Below the pieces are notes generated by a model, which saw nothing but the letters and a program-made list of their open reading frames with translations, made no database searches and was not told where the DNA came from. 64,000 nucleotides of DNA from NCBI GenBank assembly GCA_964016885.1, contig OZ024749.1:47492001-47556000 (forward strand), read 5' to 3'. The position numbers and the translations under genes were made by a program. The DNA is from Eledone cirrhosa (taxonomy: Eukaryota). Positions 14,703 to 28,133 of the stretch are shown piece by piece (positions within the stretch are counted from its first letter, which is position 1; each line of letters opens with the position of its first letter).

Positions 14703-14730
14703 TTATTATTATTTTTATTATTATTATTAT

Positions 14731-14871
14731 TCTTTCAGTCTCAATCATTGATGATAGTTAACTGGAAAGTTTGTTGAAATGAATATCAAGCCACTGCCTG
14801 CAGCCTCAGATATTCAGGAAGTATCGGAGGGTTCTTGCTGTTCCCAGCAAGCATGCCTTTTGAAGTGTTCC
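14731..14871 (-). mobile_element. 140-bp 3' end of R4/Dong-like family 1
   Basis: Closely matches 25495-25634 and the reverse complement of 43760-43900; (TAA)n flanks. Confidence 0.85.
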
Positions 14872-14989
14872 ATTATTATTATTATCATTATTATTATTAT
14901 TATATTATTATTGTTATTATTATTGTTGTTGTTGTTGCGGTTGTTGTTATTATTATTATTATTGTTATTATTTGTTATATTTATGCATA

Positions 14990-15130
14990 GTTTATTTTAT
15001 ATTTTTATATTTTCATTGTAAAATTAGTCTTGCCATTGTGCACTTTTACTCCACCTTATTGTAAACCCCCACTGTCCCTGTGTTTGTATTGTCCCCTACA
15101 TGTCGGCCCTGGTGGCTAATACATGAAATC
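14990..15130 (+). mobile_element. 3'UTR fragment of a non-LTR element related to 43981-44426
   Basis: CCCTGGTGGCTAATACATGAAATCATTATT versus CCCTTGTGGTTAATAAAGAAAACCTTATT (reverse complement of the 43981 end); (TTA)n tail. Confidence 0.45.
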
Positions 15131-15149
15131 ATTATTGTTATTATTATTT

Positions 15150-15515
15150 CCTCTGTTTCTCCTTTTTTTTTTCTTTTTCCTCTTTTTGTTCTTTTTCTTT
15201 TTCTTTTTCATATTTTGTTCTTCTTATCATCCACCTCCCCTTTTCCTCTTTCTCATTTCTTCTTCTATTTCTCTTCTTTCTCTTGACTTCTTCTTCTCCT
15301 CCTCTGTCTCATTTCTTCCTATTCTCCTCCTTTCTCCTTCACCTTTCTTTTCTTCTCATTTTTCCTATTCTTTTTTTCTTTCCTTTCCTTTTTCTTATTC
15401 TTCGTACTTCTTGTTTTTCTTCTTTTTTCTTAATGTTTTTTACTTCAAGTTTTTACTTTTTTCTCGTTCCCGTTATTCATATTGTTCAACTTTTCATTTT
15501 TTTCGTTTTCTTCAT
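15150..15515. repeat. T/C-rich low-complexity tract
   Basis: Direct reading; explains the F/S/L-rich ORFs. Confidence 0.8.
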
Positions 15516-16069
15516 TCCCTTATTAAACGTATAAAATATAGGAATAAAGAAACCACATATCCCTTCTCAAAATTTCGCTTCTGGGAGTTTCACCCTGCGT
15601 TAAGTTAAGTGTATCTTACATTTTATAGACAAATGCTTGTTCATAAAACGTTCTGGATGAATCTATAAAGGACTGATAATTCCGTCGCTGATGTTCTCAC
15701 TAATTCTTTGCTTGAACATTTCTATTTAATCGGAAACATTCACCGTCCGAAATTGCTTCTCTGACAAACATGTACACACGATCTAGCACCAAATATATAT
15801 ACGAAGGGTAATGAAGGTACTCTAACACAATATCGATATCAACATATGTTCTCAAATATGGACATTTCCAACAAAATAGAATAACGTGCTGTGCATATTA
15901 ATATTTCACATTTCGTTTTCTAACAAAACGCCGGGATATTATATATGTATGCATGTATGTATCCAAAAGTGTGTAAATACGTGTATACACATGTACATAT
16001 GTATATATATATGTGTATATATGTGTATATGCATAGGTGCATGTGTGTGTATATGCTTGGGGACATGGA

Positions 16070-16340
16070 AATAGTCGGGTTGGACACTCGATCGCGCGGG
16101 TAAACCACTGTGAGTGAATGGCCCCTAGCCTTTGTCAAGGCAATTCTTCTAGGAGAAGGCAACTCAGGAAACTGGGATAACTCCAATATAAAATCTGCGA
16201 CTCATTAGTTACCGATGATGTTGATCTTTTCTTCTTTTATGATTATAGCTACTGTCGCTCAGACAGTGGAATTGTCTCAGTGCACAGTCTTTCCTCACTT
16301 TAAACAATATCTTCACGCACAGGCATTGTGCGATAGAATT
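16070..16340 (+). mobile_element. Possible Ceph-SINE or RTE 5'UTR-related fragment
   Basis: GGCAATTCTTCTAGGAGAAGGCAACTC resembles the GGCAACCAGTCTAGGAGAAGGAAAACTC motif recalled from RTE 5'UTRs and Ceph-domain SINEs; locally higher GC. Confidence 0.35.
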
Positions 16341-18871
16341 AATTAATAATTATTCATAATGATATATCGTGCAATGACCATACTCGATAATGATGGGGCA
16401 GCCATGATGTATGTATGGGGATGGTGCAGGTATTGTTGCTATTGTATATGTGGATGTATATGTTTTGAGTTCCATGTGTGCATGGACATATGATTTGTAT
16501 ATTTACATGTGTATATGCAGTTATTAGATGGAGAATGTTTTACATATATTTAATTTTCTATTAATGGATTGTACATGTAATTTCTAGCCAGTCGTCTTCT
16601 TTCTGTTTCTGTGAAGACCAGACTCTCAAGATTTGTGCTGGGGCGCTTGTTAACATGCATGCATGGTTGTATACATCTATACATTTGTGTGTATGAAAGC
16701 GTCCATTAACAAATATATATACATGTAGGTTATAATGACTGTATTTAATTGTGTATGCGTGTGGTTGATTAGCTATGGTTGTCGCTTATGGTACTCCACT
16801 TCATGAAAAATCAACGATCCTTTTTTTCCTTATTAATTTACAACCAACTATTCAAAATAATAGAGCAGAAATGTTTTTTACCATGAAAGGTAAATTCAAA
16901 TACTCCTAACGATTTGGAAACGACACTTTAATAACTAACTATCGGGTAATGAAAATTGAAATATGTATTCAGATTCGATCAGGTTTGTAATAATGGTAAT
17001 ATAACTGGGTCGTAAAACCAATCTATTTACGTTTACATTTCATTTCATACAAAATCAGAATAAAAAAGTACAAAAATAATCATTGCAACTTTCTTATTTT
17101 GATGAATTGGTGATAGTGAAACATTTGCACAACTGTTGAAGATAATAATTGTACTTAATGAATTAGAATTGTAGAGAAAGTCACTGCCACAGAAACGGTT
17201 TTCAATGTTGTTTGGATAGCGGCATAAGATCAATTCATTTGAACTCTTTTAACATTGCAGACAGATTTATTGATTTTTTTCACTGTTTAATATTTTTTTT
17301 TTTTTTTTTTTTTCTTATTTTGGGTGTATTGTGATTTGGAAAATTTGCATTTCTGGTAATTTAAGTTATTTCTCAAATGGAGAAATCTAACATGAAATAG
17401 AAATGAAACGGGGAAGAGGTTGAAGATAAATTGATAGCAGATGTTGTCGTAGTTGTCGTTTTAGTATGATAATTATTAGACTCTATGCAATATTGAAAAT
17501 AAAAAAGGGATATTTCATTAAGCATATGCTGGTCTTTATTTCCTTTTTACTCTCACTATTATTATGTGAATGTATGTGGGTTTTTGCAGCGAGTATTTCT
17601 CAAAATAAAACAAAACGTTAAAATAAATTCATGGAATCAAATGCTCATGTTTAATTAATGATCTTTTTACTGACAAGCGATATAACGATCAGCTAGGAAA
17701 CGTTCATCAGGAAGCCATACTTTAGTTCTAATTGAAAAACTAAAAAGCAGAATTACATAGTTAGTCTTGAATAATCTCACATGACCAATAGGTTATATAG
17801 AGTTATACATAGTTATGCTAGTTCAGGCCCTGAATTATTATATATCGTCATCATGGCAACTAATGTAATCAAATATGTCACATGATTGATTTTCCCTTGT
17901 GTGGAATAAAAAATTTGGTTTTAGAAGGAGCCCTTATCTGTGTAAAACAAGGATTTATATGAAGTTAACTCCTGTCTCTCATTGAATGTTTCTCGAAATA
18001 ATCTAGCGCCGAAGTTTGCAAAGAAAAGTTCACTACATGACAGTTTTAATTCAAAACCTTAACCATATGACCGATTTGCTAGCGATTCTGCCAATTAGCG
18101 GTTCAATTCAAACAAGCAATGTTCAATACTGTCCCGATGTTCCTAACCAAAGGTGCCTATAAACAGTGCCGTACGTTTAGTGTTCAAGTATGAAACACTA
18201 CATGAAACATCTTGCAATTATCCATATTTATTTCTGTATTAGATATATCATTTAATGTCTTCCGTTCTATATACCAGATTTCTGGTATAAATATCTAGAG
18301 TATCAAAATTACCATCGTTTTGAACGAATTGTTATTAAACAACTGTAAATAGGATTTTAGCATTTCGTAAATAAAATCATAAAATCATTAAAATTGTTTA
18401 TCCAAATTTGCTGATTTTGATTATAATGCTAACACCTCTAATTATTTTTGACAATAATGCAATTAGATTGATTCATTCTATCCGTCGTAATTTAAGGTGT
18501 TTGGTGTGCGATATGTTGACTGCAACTTCGTGAAAAATGCTAAAACATAGAAATTATTTAACTCCAAGGCAGATTGTGTTTTGGGTTGTTGAATCAAATA
18601 ATGATGAATAAAGCATGAAATGTACTAATTCAAACAATGATGTTTTTCCTATATCTATACACACCAGACAAGCGGTGATAACTCACATAAATTATTTATG
18701 TTTTGGTTAGTTATATGTGGAATAAATTATGTGTAAATTGTGTCATCAATATCCCCCAAAACACAATAAGTATTACGTTGTCAAGAGACGCGATCAGCAG
18801 CAAACATATGACTTACTGTCAACGGTTTCCTTGAATTACGCACACTAATATATATATATATATATATATAT

Positions 18872-19463
18872 ATGAAAAACATGGGAAGAAAGGGGAATAC
18901 TGCGTGGTTGCACATGGGTTACATATTATAAAATTAGTCACTCATCAGTGATTTGCCAACCATCATTGGTATTTCATCGCATTAAAAATCAGATACCTCA
19001 GGTTGGTGCGAGCAATAACTAAAATATGCTATTGTGACAAGTGAATCGCGTAAAGCAAGTGAGACAAGTAAACAACATAGAAGGAAAAGCAAACCGAAGG
19101 TAGGAAAATAGCAAGCAACATGCTGGTTATCCGGTCAGCATAAGTGGGTGAATTTCATGAGCAGTTAGAAAACAGACCTTCCGCCGTGAATGAGGTGTGA
19201 GAAAGAAGGAACCCACAACTAACGAACGGGAGGTAGTGAGAAGGGGAGAAACAGAGAGTGAATGAGTGGAAGTGCGAGGAAGAGGTCAGTCGAGAGAAAG
19301 TGTAACTGACAGAGGGGGCGAAAGAAGGTGGAAGAAACAGAGAGAACGGGGGAGCAGTAAGAGAGAAAGAGAGAAACAGATAATCGCAGTCGAGGTAAAT
19401 ATGTATGAAAAACATGGGAAAGAAAGAGGAATACTGCGTGGTTGCACATGGGTTACATATTAT

Positions 19464-19470
<7 letters not shown>
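18872..19470 (-). mobile_element. Non-coding direct-repeat element, family F (65-bp repeats 18872-18936 / 19405-19470), PLE partial-tandem or retrozyme-like
   Basis: Near-identical terminal direct repeats; (TA)n on both flanks; CT-rich body; HHR-like motif at 18956-19006 (-). Confidence 0.75.
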
Positions 19471-19504
<34 letters not shown>

Positions 19505-19588
19505 AGTGTGTGTGTGTGCGTGTGTGTGTGTGTGTGTTTATGTGGGTGCGTGTGTGCGTCTGCGTGTATGTTCGTGTGTGTGTGTGTG

Positions 19589-19649
<61 letters not shown>

Positions 19650-20243
19650 ACAGTAATATGAATCTGTTAGCCAACATACAATATACATTTTAAATACACA
19701 TGCACATAAGACGGAAGAAATAGTTTTGGTATCGACGTGAGGGTAATATAACATGATTCCATGTAATATAACATGAAATATGAGAAGATAGAGCTAGGTA
19801 ATATGAAATCGATTTATTCCATAATTAATTATTGATAGTGGACAATAGGAGGAAAGGTTTATCTGTAACGTCGCGAAAATTGTGTTTTACAGATTAAAGT
19901 GTGAAATGTTATTGAATTAATTCTGTATTTATTACGTTCAATAAAACTATGCGCTGCATTACAATAGACGTGTAGAGGTTATACTAAAATTGAATTAGAT
20001 ATAAATGAATTTCGGGGACGATTATTCGTTTAATATGTACATATTTTTTTTCAGTTAATTTATATTTCGTTTCTAATACATACATATCTCGTCTATCATT
20101 ATGTGAACACTCAATGTGATATACTAAAGTGTGTGATGAGTTGAAGCCATAATAAAAAACATTTAAAACGTGTTAAATTATATGCATGCACCCAGATACA
20201 ATCATGGTGATAACTATAATATAAATAACATGGTTATACACAC

Positions 20244-20284
<41 letters not shown>

Positions 20285-20351
20285 AATGGAACAAATTAAA
20301 CGATATATATATATATATATTGTATGTATGTGTGTATGTGTGTGTGTGTGG

Positions 20352-20386
<35 letters not shown>

Positions 20387-21508
20387 GGAGTGAGATAGTG
20401 TGTTTTCATGCATGTTTAACCATATAATTCCAGCGGCAAATAGAATTAATTTAATCAACGTATAATTATTTTGCTACGAATATATAATAGTACCCGTTGG
20501 TTTACATTAGAAACTCGTTTGTAACTGAAAGCTATTCACCAGCTTCTATCTACTTAAAGGACAACTTTCAAAGACTTAATAGCTACAGTGTTACCACCAC
20601 CGCCCAGATAGTCTCATTTGAACACGGGTCAATGCATGGAAACGTATGCAACTTAGTCGCAGCATATGGCTTGGTTCACAGTACTGAACTGAATGGAAGA
20701 AGCCCATACCTTTAGCTAATTATTGTTCTGCAAATTCCATCAGAATAAATGTCAGAACATCAAGGAATTAACGAAGAATTTGATCGTTTGGTGAGCATCA
20801 ATAAGACGCAGTTGACCTATTCTGATATTACTGGGAGATGTAATTTGGCAGAATGACGTTGGAAATTTACGGCATATTCCGAGTTAAAAAGACAGTAGCA
20901 TAAATAAAATCGGCGATGGTGTTGAGAGGAAAAGAAGATGAAGAAAAAGATTCTGAATTACTACGTTCCTTTTCAAATGTACTTCAGGCAATAAACGACA
21001 TTCCTGCAGGCATGTATATATATATATATATATATATTTCGTTTCTGAATTTGTTTAGCAAGATTCTTTATCTGAAATCGTGTGTTGAAACCGATATTGT
21101 TATACTTTGGGAGGGTCATGTTGCCAATAAGAAACACACGCACCAGTTGCTTTCACTTCAATTTATTATATATTTATAAATTTATAAATTTACAAATCTA
21201 CAAACTTATAAATTTCTGGTTGGTTGGTTGGTTCCACAACCTGATAGTTGTTTATATATAGTCATAGTCCGTTCGTCACACACTCTGTGACCTCTTCAGT
21301 GACTGGGGATTCCTTTCTTTGTTTCTGTGCCTTTCCTTTCTTCTGTCCTACGCCATTTTGTTTATGTGTGTGTGTTGTCTGCTCAGTTTGCGCATGCGCC
21401 TCATCCGGGTGTCTGTGTGTGTTTGTGTTCATTTATCTATTTGTTTATTTATTTACATGTTGTTGGTTGTTTGTTTGTTCTATGTGTGTGTGTTTTTTCA
21501 TTTTGTCC

Positions 21509-21634
21509 TTAATTGTAAGCTGTGATGTTGCTGTTCCACTCATATTTTCTATTTAATGTTGGTTGTAATTCTTTTATGCTTACTGCCTCTGTAATTTGCG
21601 TAAACATTGCATCTTTTCTGTGTGTGGATTCTAT
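21509..21634 (-). pseudogene. C-terminal fragment of PLE GIY-YIG endonuclease
   Basis: IESTHRKDAMFTQITEAVSIKELQPTLNRKYEWNSNITAYN* fits the I.EA..I....P.LN.K.EW end of PLE ORFs. Confidence 0.75.
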
Positions 21635-21834
21635 GGACAAAATGAAAACACACACATAGAACAAACAACCAACCAACAACATGTAAATAAATAAACAAAT
21701 AGATAAATGAACACAAACACACACATACACCCAGATGTGGCGCATGCGCAAACTGAGCACACAACACACACACAGAAACAAAATGGCGTAGGACAGAATA
21801 AAGGAAAGGCACAGAAAAAAAGAAAGTAATCCCC

Positions 21835-21879
21835 AGTCACTGAAGAGGTCACAGAGTGTGTGACGAAAGGACTATGACT
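21835..21879 (+). ncRNA. Minimal type I hammerhead ribozyme (mirror copy at 21260-21304 on - strand has GAAC)
   Basis: AGTCA CTGAAGA G GTCAC-agagtgt-GTGAC GAAA GGAC TA TGACT; predicted cleavage after 21874. Confidence 0.8.
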
Positions 21880-22037
21880 ATATATAAACAACTATCTGGT
21901 TGTGGAACCAACCAACCAACCAGAAATTTATAAGTTTGTAGATTTGTAAATTTATAAATGTATAAATATATAATAAATCGAAGTGAAAGCAACTGGTGCG
22001 TGTGTTTCTTATTGGCAACATGACCCTCCCAAAGTAT

Positions 22038-22128
<91 letters not shown>

Positions 22129-22129
<1 letters not shown>

Positions 22130-22340
22130 TTCGTTTCTGAATTTGTTTAGCAAAATTCTTTATCTGAAAACGTGTGTTGAAACCGATATTGTTATACTGT
22201 GGGAGTGTCATGTTGTCAATAGGAAACACACGCACCAGTTGCTTCACTTCAATTTATTATAAATTTAATTTATAATAAATTGAAGTGAAATAACTGGTGC
22301 CTGCGTTTCTTATTGGAAACATAACCCTCCCAAAGTATAA
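22129..22340 (-). mobile_element. Second, shorter fold-back copy of family C
   Basis: Same tail and arm start as 21037; folds back near 22265; no HHR retained. Confidence 0.85.
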
Positions 22341-22671
22341 TAATAATAATAATATGTATATATATTTCTATATATATATATATATGTGTGTGTGGAAAAG
22401 AATGAAATGAAAATTTCATTTCTCACTCTTACTATATATATATATAATTTGTGTGTGTGTGTGTGTGTGTGTTGGTAAGTATTTATATATAAGCATGTGT
22501 GCGTTCGCCTAAGAGTGTTTATATACGCCACAGCATAGGGTAATATCCAAAAGGTTAATATCCAAGGTTTCGAACACAGAAGGTATAGGTCAAGACATGT
22601 TGATCCCCGATGTAAATTACATCAATTTATTTAGTCAGAAAAGTCACGAATCCTGCAGAAAATGTTGTAAA

Positions 22672-22729
<58 letters not shown>

Positions 22730-22803
22730 AATTATCTGTTTATTTGGCGCATTTCTCTCTATCTCTCTATCTCTATCTATATATCTCTCTCTCTATCTCT
22801 CCC

Positions 22804-22840
<37 letters not shown>

Positions 22841-24721
22841 AGAGAGAGAGATAAAGAGAGAGAGAGAGAGAGGGAGTGAGACAGAGAGTGAGAGGGATGC
22901 GCCAATTAAACAGATAATTATCACGAGAAAATGTTGGCATAATATGACGAACGATTATTACGTTTATACTTGAAATTGTATATGATAACTTGAGCTGTGC
23001 TATATAATTATTAATAATCTTCCTCGGTTGCGATTTACTATAAGGCAAGTTTTGACCATGTGTGGAATGTTACTGCATATTACCACCACGTGTATACCTA
23101 AGTTACAGCTTTATTCGAATGCAGTTACAGAATATTATCTAACCGATTTATGATGTTGTGTTTCCGTCATAACATTGAGTAATTTCAACATTTTTAACAT
23201 AGTTGAAACCATTCAACTCAAGGTCCGAACACATTAGATGTTATAGTTGTTAACGTTAGAGAGATATATAGAGTGAAAAACGTACACATAAATATTTACA
23301 CAGAAACAATCCATTCATAATTGAACTGTTTCTTCATGTATCAACTACGAAAGATTTGAATCACCATCACATACACTGTGATGCAATCGTTTGCCGCTGT
23401 ACATTTCCTACCGATTCTACCCCAACTCCAAAGTTAATAATAATGAAAAATATTAATATGAAAACATTAAATATTAAAGCTAATATAATGCTTAAAAAAG
23501 CCAGAGAATAATACATTTAATAAGAAAAACAATCAATAAGAAATAGTTATTTCTTCCGGACATGAAAATTTAATTATAGTATAAATTATTCTCAGCAGCA
23601 GGACATGTTTGTATTGATTAATCCAATTATATGTTCGTTAAATATTTTTGTGAAAATGATATTAAAATATCGAAATACATTTCTCACATTTGTTCGCATT
23701 CATTTTATAACATTTTAAACATCTGGTTTCACTTTTATTTATAAACTATTTTTTCAATATCATTGTAATAATAGAGTTATAGTTATACGAAACACGTAAA
23801 CACAGACACACACAAACACCTCGCTTGATTGCAAAACCTCTAGGTTTGCGTCATTATACCTGTGAGAATGTATGTCCTGTCCACAGCTAAGTGTTTATCA
23901 ATCTATCTAATATGTATGTAATATATATGCAGTTTCTGCTTATCTCGGGTTGTTTGCGTAAGTGACCATATTCGAGGACACACCACAAGTATAGAAACTT
24001 GGGCACTGTGTATATGCATGTGGCCGAACACTTTTCTCTTGATTCTCTTCGTACCGAGCATCACGGGACTACCACATCGCATTTCATATACTCTAGACAT
24101 GATTTCCTAAACATATATGTTATTGATTAGTTTTAGAATATATATGCATTACTATTATTTACATGTGAATGTTATTTCCTTGAATTGCATTTATATTCAT
24201 GTTGTTAATATTTGAGCAGGAAATATAACTAAGGACAGATATGACTAATGAAATTGCATTTGTTACGATATGCAATGGATTTCGTTTACAAAGCCTCGCT
24301 AGGAATATGTTTAAATTAGTCTCTAATAATGTTTTTCCATGGTTTCATTTATTTTACTTTTTCTTCTTATTCGATTTACCTGGATCATTGATACATTTGT
24401 CAGATAACATAGGGATACATTGGATAGTGATTTCATTTGAATTCACAACAGGATTTCGGTGTTTGGCGCAATAATTCATCATGTTTAAAGCCATAATGGA
24501 ATATGTCCATGGTTCTTCCGTAATATGTATTGAACTCTGAAAGCTTTGGTCCAAAAGGCAAAATGTGGATTGACCGCGATCTATCAACTAATCCAATCAA
24601 TAACGAAAGACGGGAAAGGAAAAAAGAAGTTGTATGAGATGGCTTCAATTTTTGGCAAAAAACGCTGTATGCTTAATTATAGCTCTTACCCAATACACCC
24701 CCCAACCCCCAAAAAACACTT

Positions 24722-25355
24722 TTCTTCATTTTAATTTGTATATAACATTGCAACAACACAGCACGACATTTTCCATTCCTATATGCTTTCCCCGTCGCTG
24801 ACCTGTCTTTTTCTCTTCCCTTACTGCTATCATCTTTCTCTCTCCCCCTCCTCTCTCGTTCTCCCTCTTACTTTCATAAACCCCCTCTGCTAGTCACCCT
24901 CTCTCGGATAGCCTCTTCCTCACACTTTCAATCACTCACTCTCTGCTACTCACTATCTCCCTCACTTCCTCCATCGTCCCACACCATGGTAAATTCTTCC
25001 CTAGTTTTCTGTCGCACATTAATATGTGTCTTTCGTCTTCTCGTCAATATTCGCAAGTTCTTATGTTCAAATGAATCATTGACTTGATTTTCTCATGTTT
25101 CCTCTCTTTTTTGTTGCCTCATCATTCGTGTTTGTTTACCTGTATCTCTTTCTCCACTCAATTCTTTTTTATCCCAATAACTTACTTTAGTTATTGTTCG
25201 CGTTAGCCTGAGGTAGCTGGTATGTAATGCAAAGAAATACATATGATGGCTAGTAGACCACTGGTGATGGATAGTCCTGGCTTCTATATCTAATTCTTCA
25301 TTTTAATGTGTATATCACATTTGCAACAACACATCACGCCATTTTTTAATTCATA
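24722..25355 (+). mobile_element. Diverged relative of family F (direct repeats ~24722-24784 / 25294-25356)
   Basis: TTCTTCATTTTAAT.TGTATAT.ACATT(T)GCAACAACACA repeated at both ends; CT-rich body; CCTGAGGTA...GAAATAC motif shared with the 18872 element. Confidence 0.6.
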
Positions 25356-25494
25356 TATATATATGTGACAGAGATTACAAGAGAACAGGATAATAATTAA
25401 AGCAGTAATAAATTACTGACCTTTCCTGTTTATCGTTGTATATAGTGCATAAATAATTATAAATACTATTATTATTATTATTATTATTATTATT

Positions 25495-26597
<1,103 letters not shown>

Positions 26598-27113
26598 CAT
26601 ACAATCCCGACCGCAGCTCCAGGCGTGTTCTGTCTTTGTGTTTAGCAAGCCTTTCCAATTTATATATACGTGAGTGTGCCAATGTGTGTGTGTGTTAGTG
26701 TGTTTGTGTACATATATATTTATTAGTATATGAATGTGTGTATTACAAATCTAAATAATGATATGTGATCAAAAGCCAAAAAAATGTTCCATGTCTAGAC
26801 TAATTTAAGTATCGGAGATTTGTGGGCAATTACAGAAAATACATTGGTATGTTAATATTGTCGAGAACTATCAATTGCTATTCTTTTACGGAGTCAATAT
26901 TGCAGACTGTTTTACGTATACTTTCTTTTGTTGAATCTCGTATAACCTCTTTAAATGCGATTCTAGGTATTTGGGTTTCAAAGGAATAGATTGAAAAATA
27001 ATGATATTTAATATTACACCTGGAAAAAATGTTTACGTCTACATGAATATATATAAAATAAAAATAAAAATATCTTCAGTCAAACTATTCCCATATGTAT
27101 GCAAACAGTATCC

Positions 27114-27207
<94 letters not shown>

Positions 27208-27209
<2 letters not shown>

Positions 27210-27332
27210 GAACAAGTTTGACCCCGACGGCAGATCTCAAAGCCGTTTCGACGGCTATTTCTGGACTATTTCTAGTCCAGAAACAGCCGTCAAAACGGCT
27301 TGACTTCTACCGTCGGGGTAAAGCTTCTTCCT
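27208..27332. mobile_element. 125-bp GC-rich palindrome in (TA)n, family D-related
   Basis: Arms fold about CTGGACTA-TTTC-TAGTCCAG; GCCGTTTCGAC(G/A)GCT motif shared with 8595 and 36361. Confidence 0.75.
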
Positions 27333-27343
27333 ATATATATATT

Positions 27344-27377
<34 letters not shown>

Positions 27378-27382
<5 letters not shown>

Positions 27383-27538
27383 ATACCGGATTAAGGTTTA
27401 AGCAAAGAATCGCTGCTTTCACCCTTAACGGGATATTCTGAAACTCATTTGCTCTACGGTTCTTATATATTTGATATATATTTATCTTTATCGAGCCCTC
27501 TTTGGATTTTAGTCTTCACATTTATTATTATTACTATA
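27378..27538 (-). mobile_element. Family E short element, longest copy
   Basis: Contains both end segments seen at 10664 and 46036 plus the internal CAGAA.ATCCCGTTAAGGGTGAAA motif also at 56107. Confidence 0.75.
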
Positions 27539-27941
27539 TATAAATACATGGAGCAAGTTAGGAATAAATGAACCTGGAACTTCGATTTTAACTACCAAAC
27601 ATACATGGAAAATAATTGTACTGATCTTTCACTACTTAGTTTCTGCATACAATGTCTCATGACATTCTAAATGGTTTCCTTCAAATTTGCTGAAACAAAG
27701 AAAAAAAGCGAAAAGTTCTCGACTACGCTGGCATTAGAGTTGCTATCAAATCAATCTCAGACGTCTATGCTTCACGTTAATAACTATAATTTGTTTTAAT
27801 ATTAACTATAAACTAAACAGAAATATCGTTTTCACTGGACCGAGTTGTCCGTCTCAACATACATTGATCTTAACGAAAAGTGCAATGTTAGCGGAATAAA
27901 TATTTTCTTAACATCGCATTATTTTATAGATACATGTTATA

Positions 27942-28133
27942 ATAATTGTTTCTACGTTAGGCACAAGGCCAGCAATTACCCAGTGTATTACTGGCACTTT
28001 ATTTTATCGACCCCGTAAGGATGAAAGGCAAAGTTAACCTCGGCGGGATTTGAACTCAGAATAGCAAGGGCCGTAACTCTATGCGTCAAAGCATGGCGTC
28101 CGACCCTCTACCGATACTGCCAATCCACCGCCC
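27942..28133 (-). mobile_element. tRNA-like SINE, full length
   Basis: Reverse complement of the 12487 copy; TTATAATAAT on both flanks (possible target-site duplication). Confidence 0.9.

Larger units (their letters stand above)
21037..22045 (-). mobile_element. 5'-truncated PLE with inverted pLTRs, family C (arms 21094-21508 / 21635-22045, tail 21037-21093)
   Basis: ~410-bp inverted arms; the spacer encodes a GIY-YIG-like C-terminus; HHR in the arms; (TA)n flanks. Confidence 0.9.

Noticed and set aside
20497-21010. Possible coding exon(s) (MSEHQGINEEFDRL..., DEEKDSELLRSFSNVLQAIND)
   Set aside because: Short frames broken by stops, no recognisable domain and no consistent splice signals.
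22393-22432. GGAAAAGAAT...AAAATTTCATTTCTCACTCTTA fragment, repeated at ~45705
   Set aside because: Probably the end of another TA-inserted family, but too short to classify.
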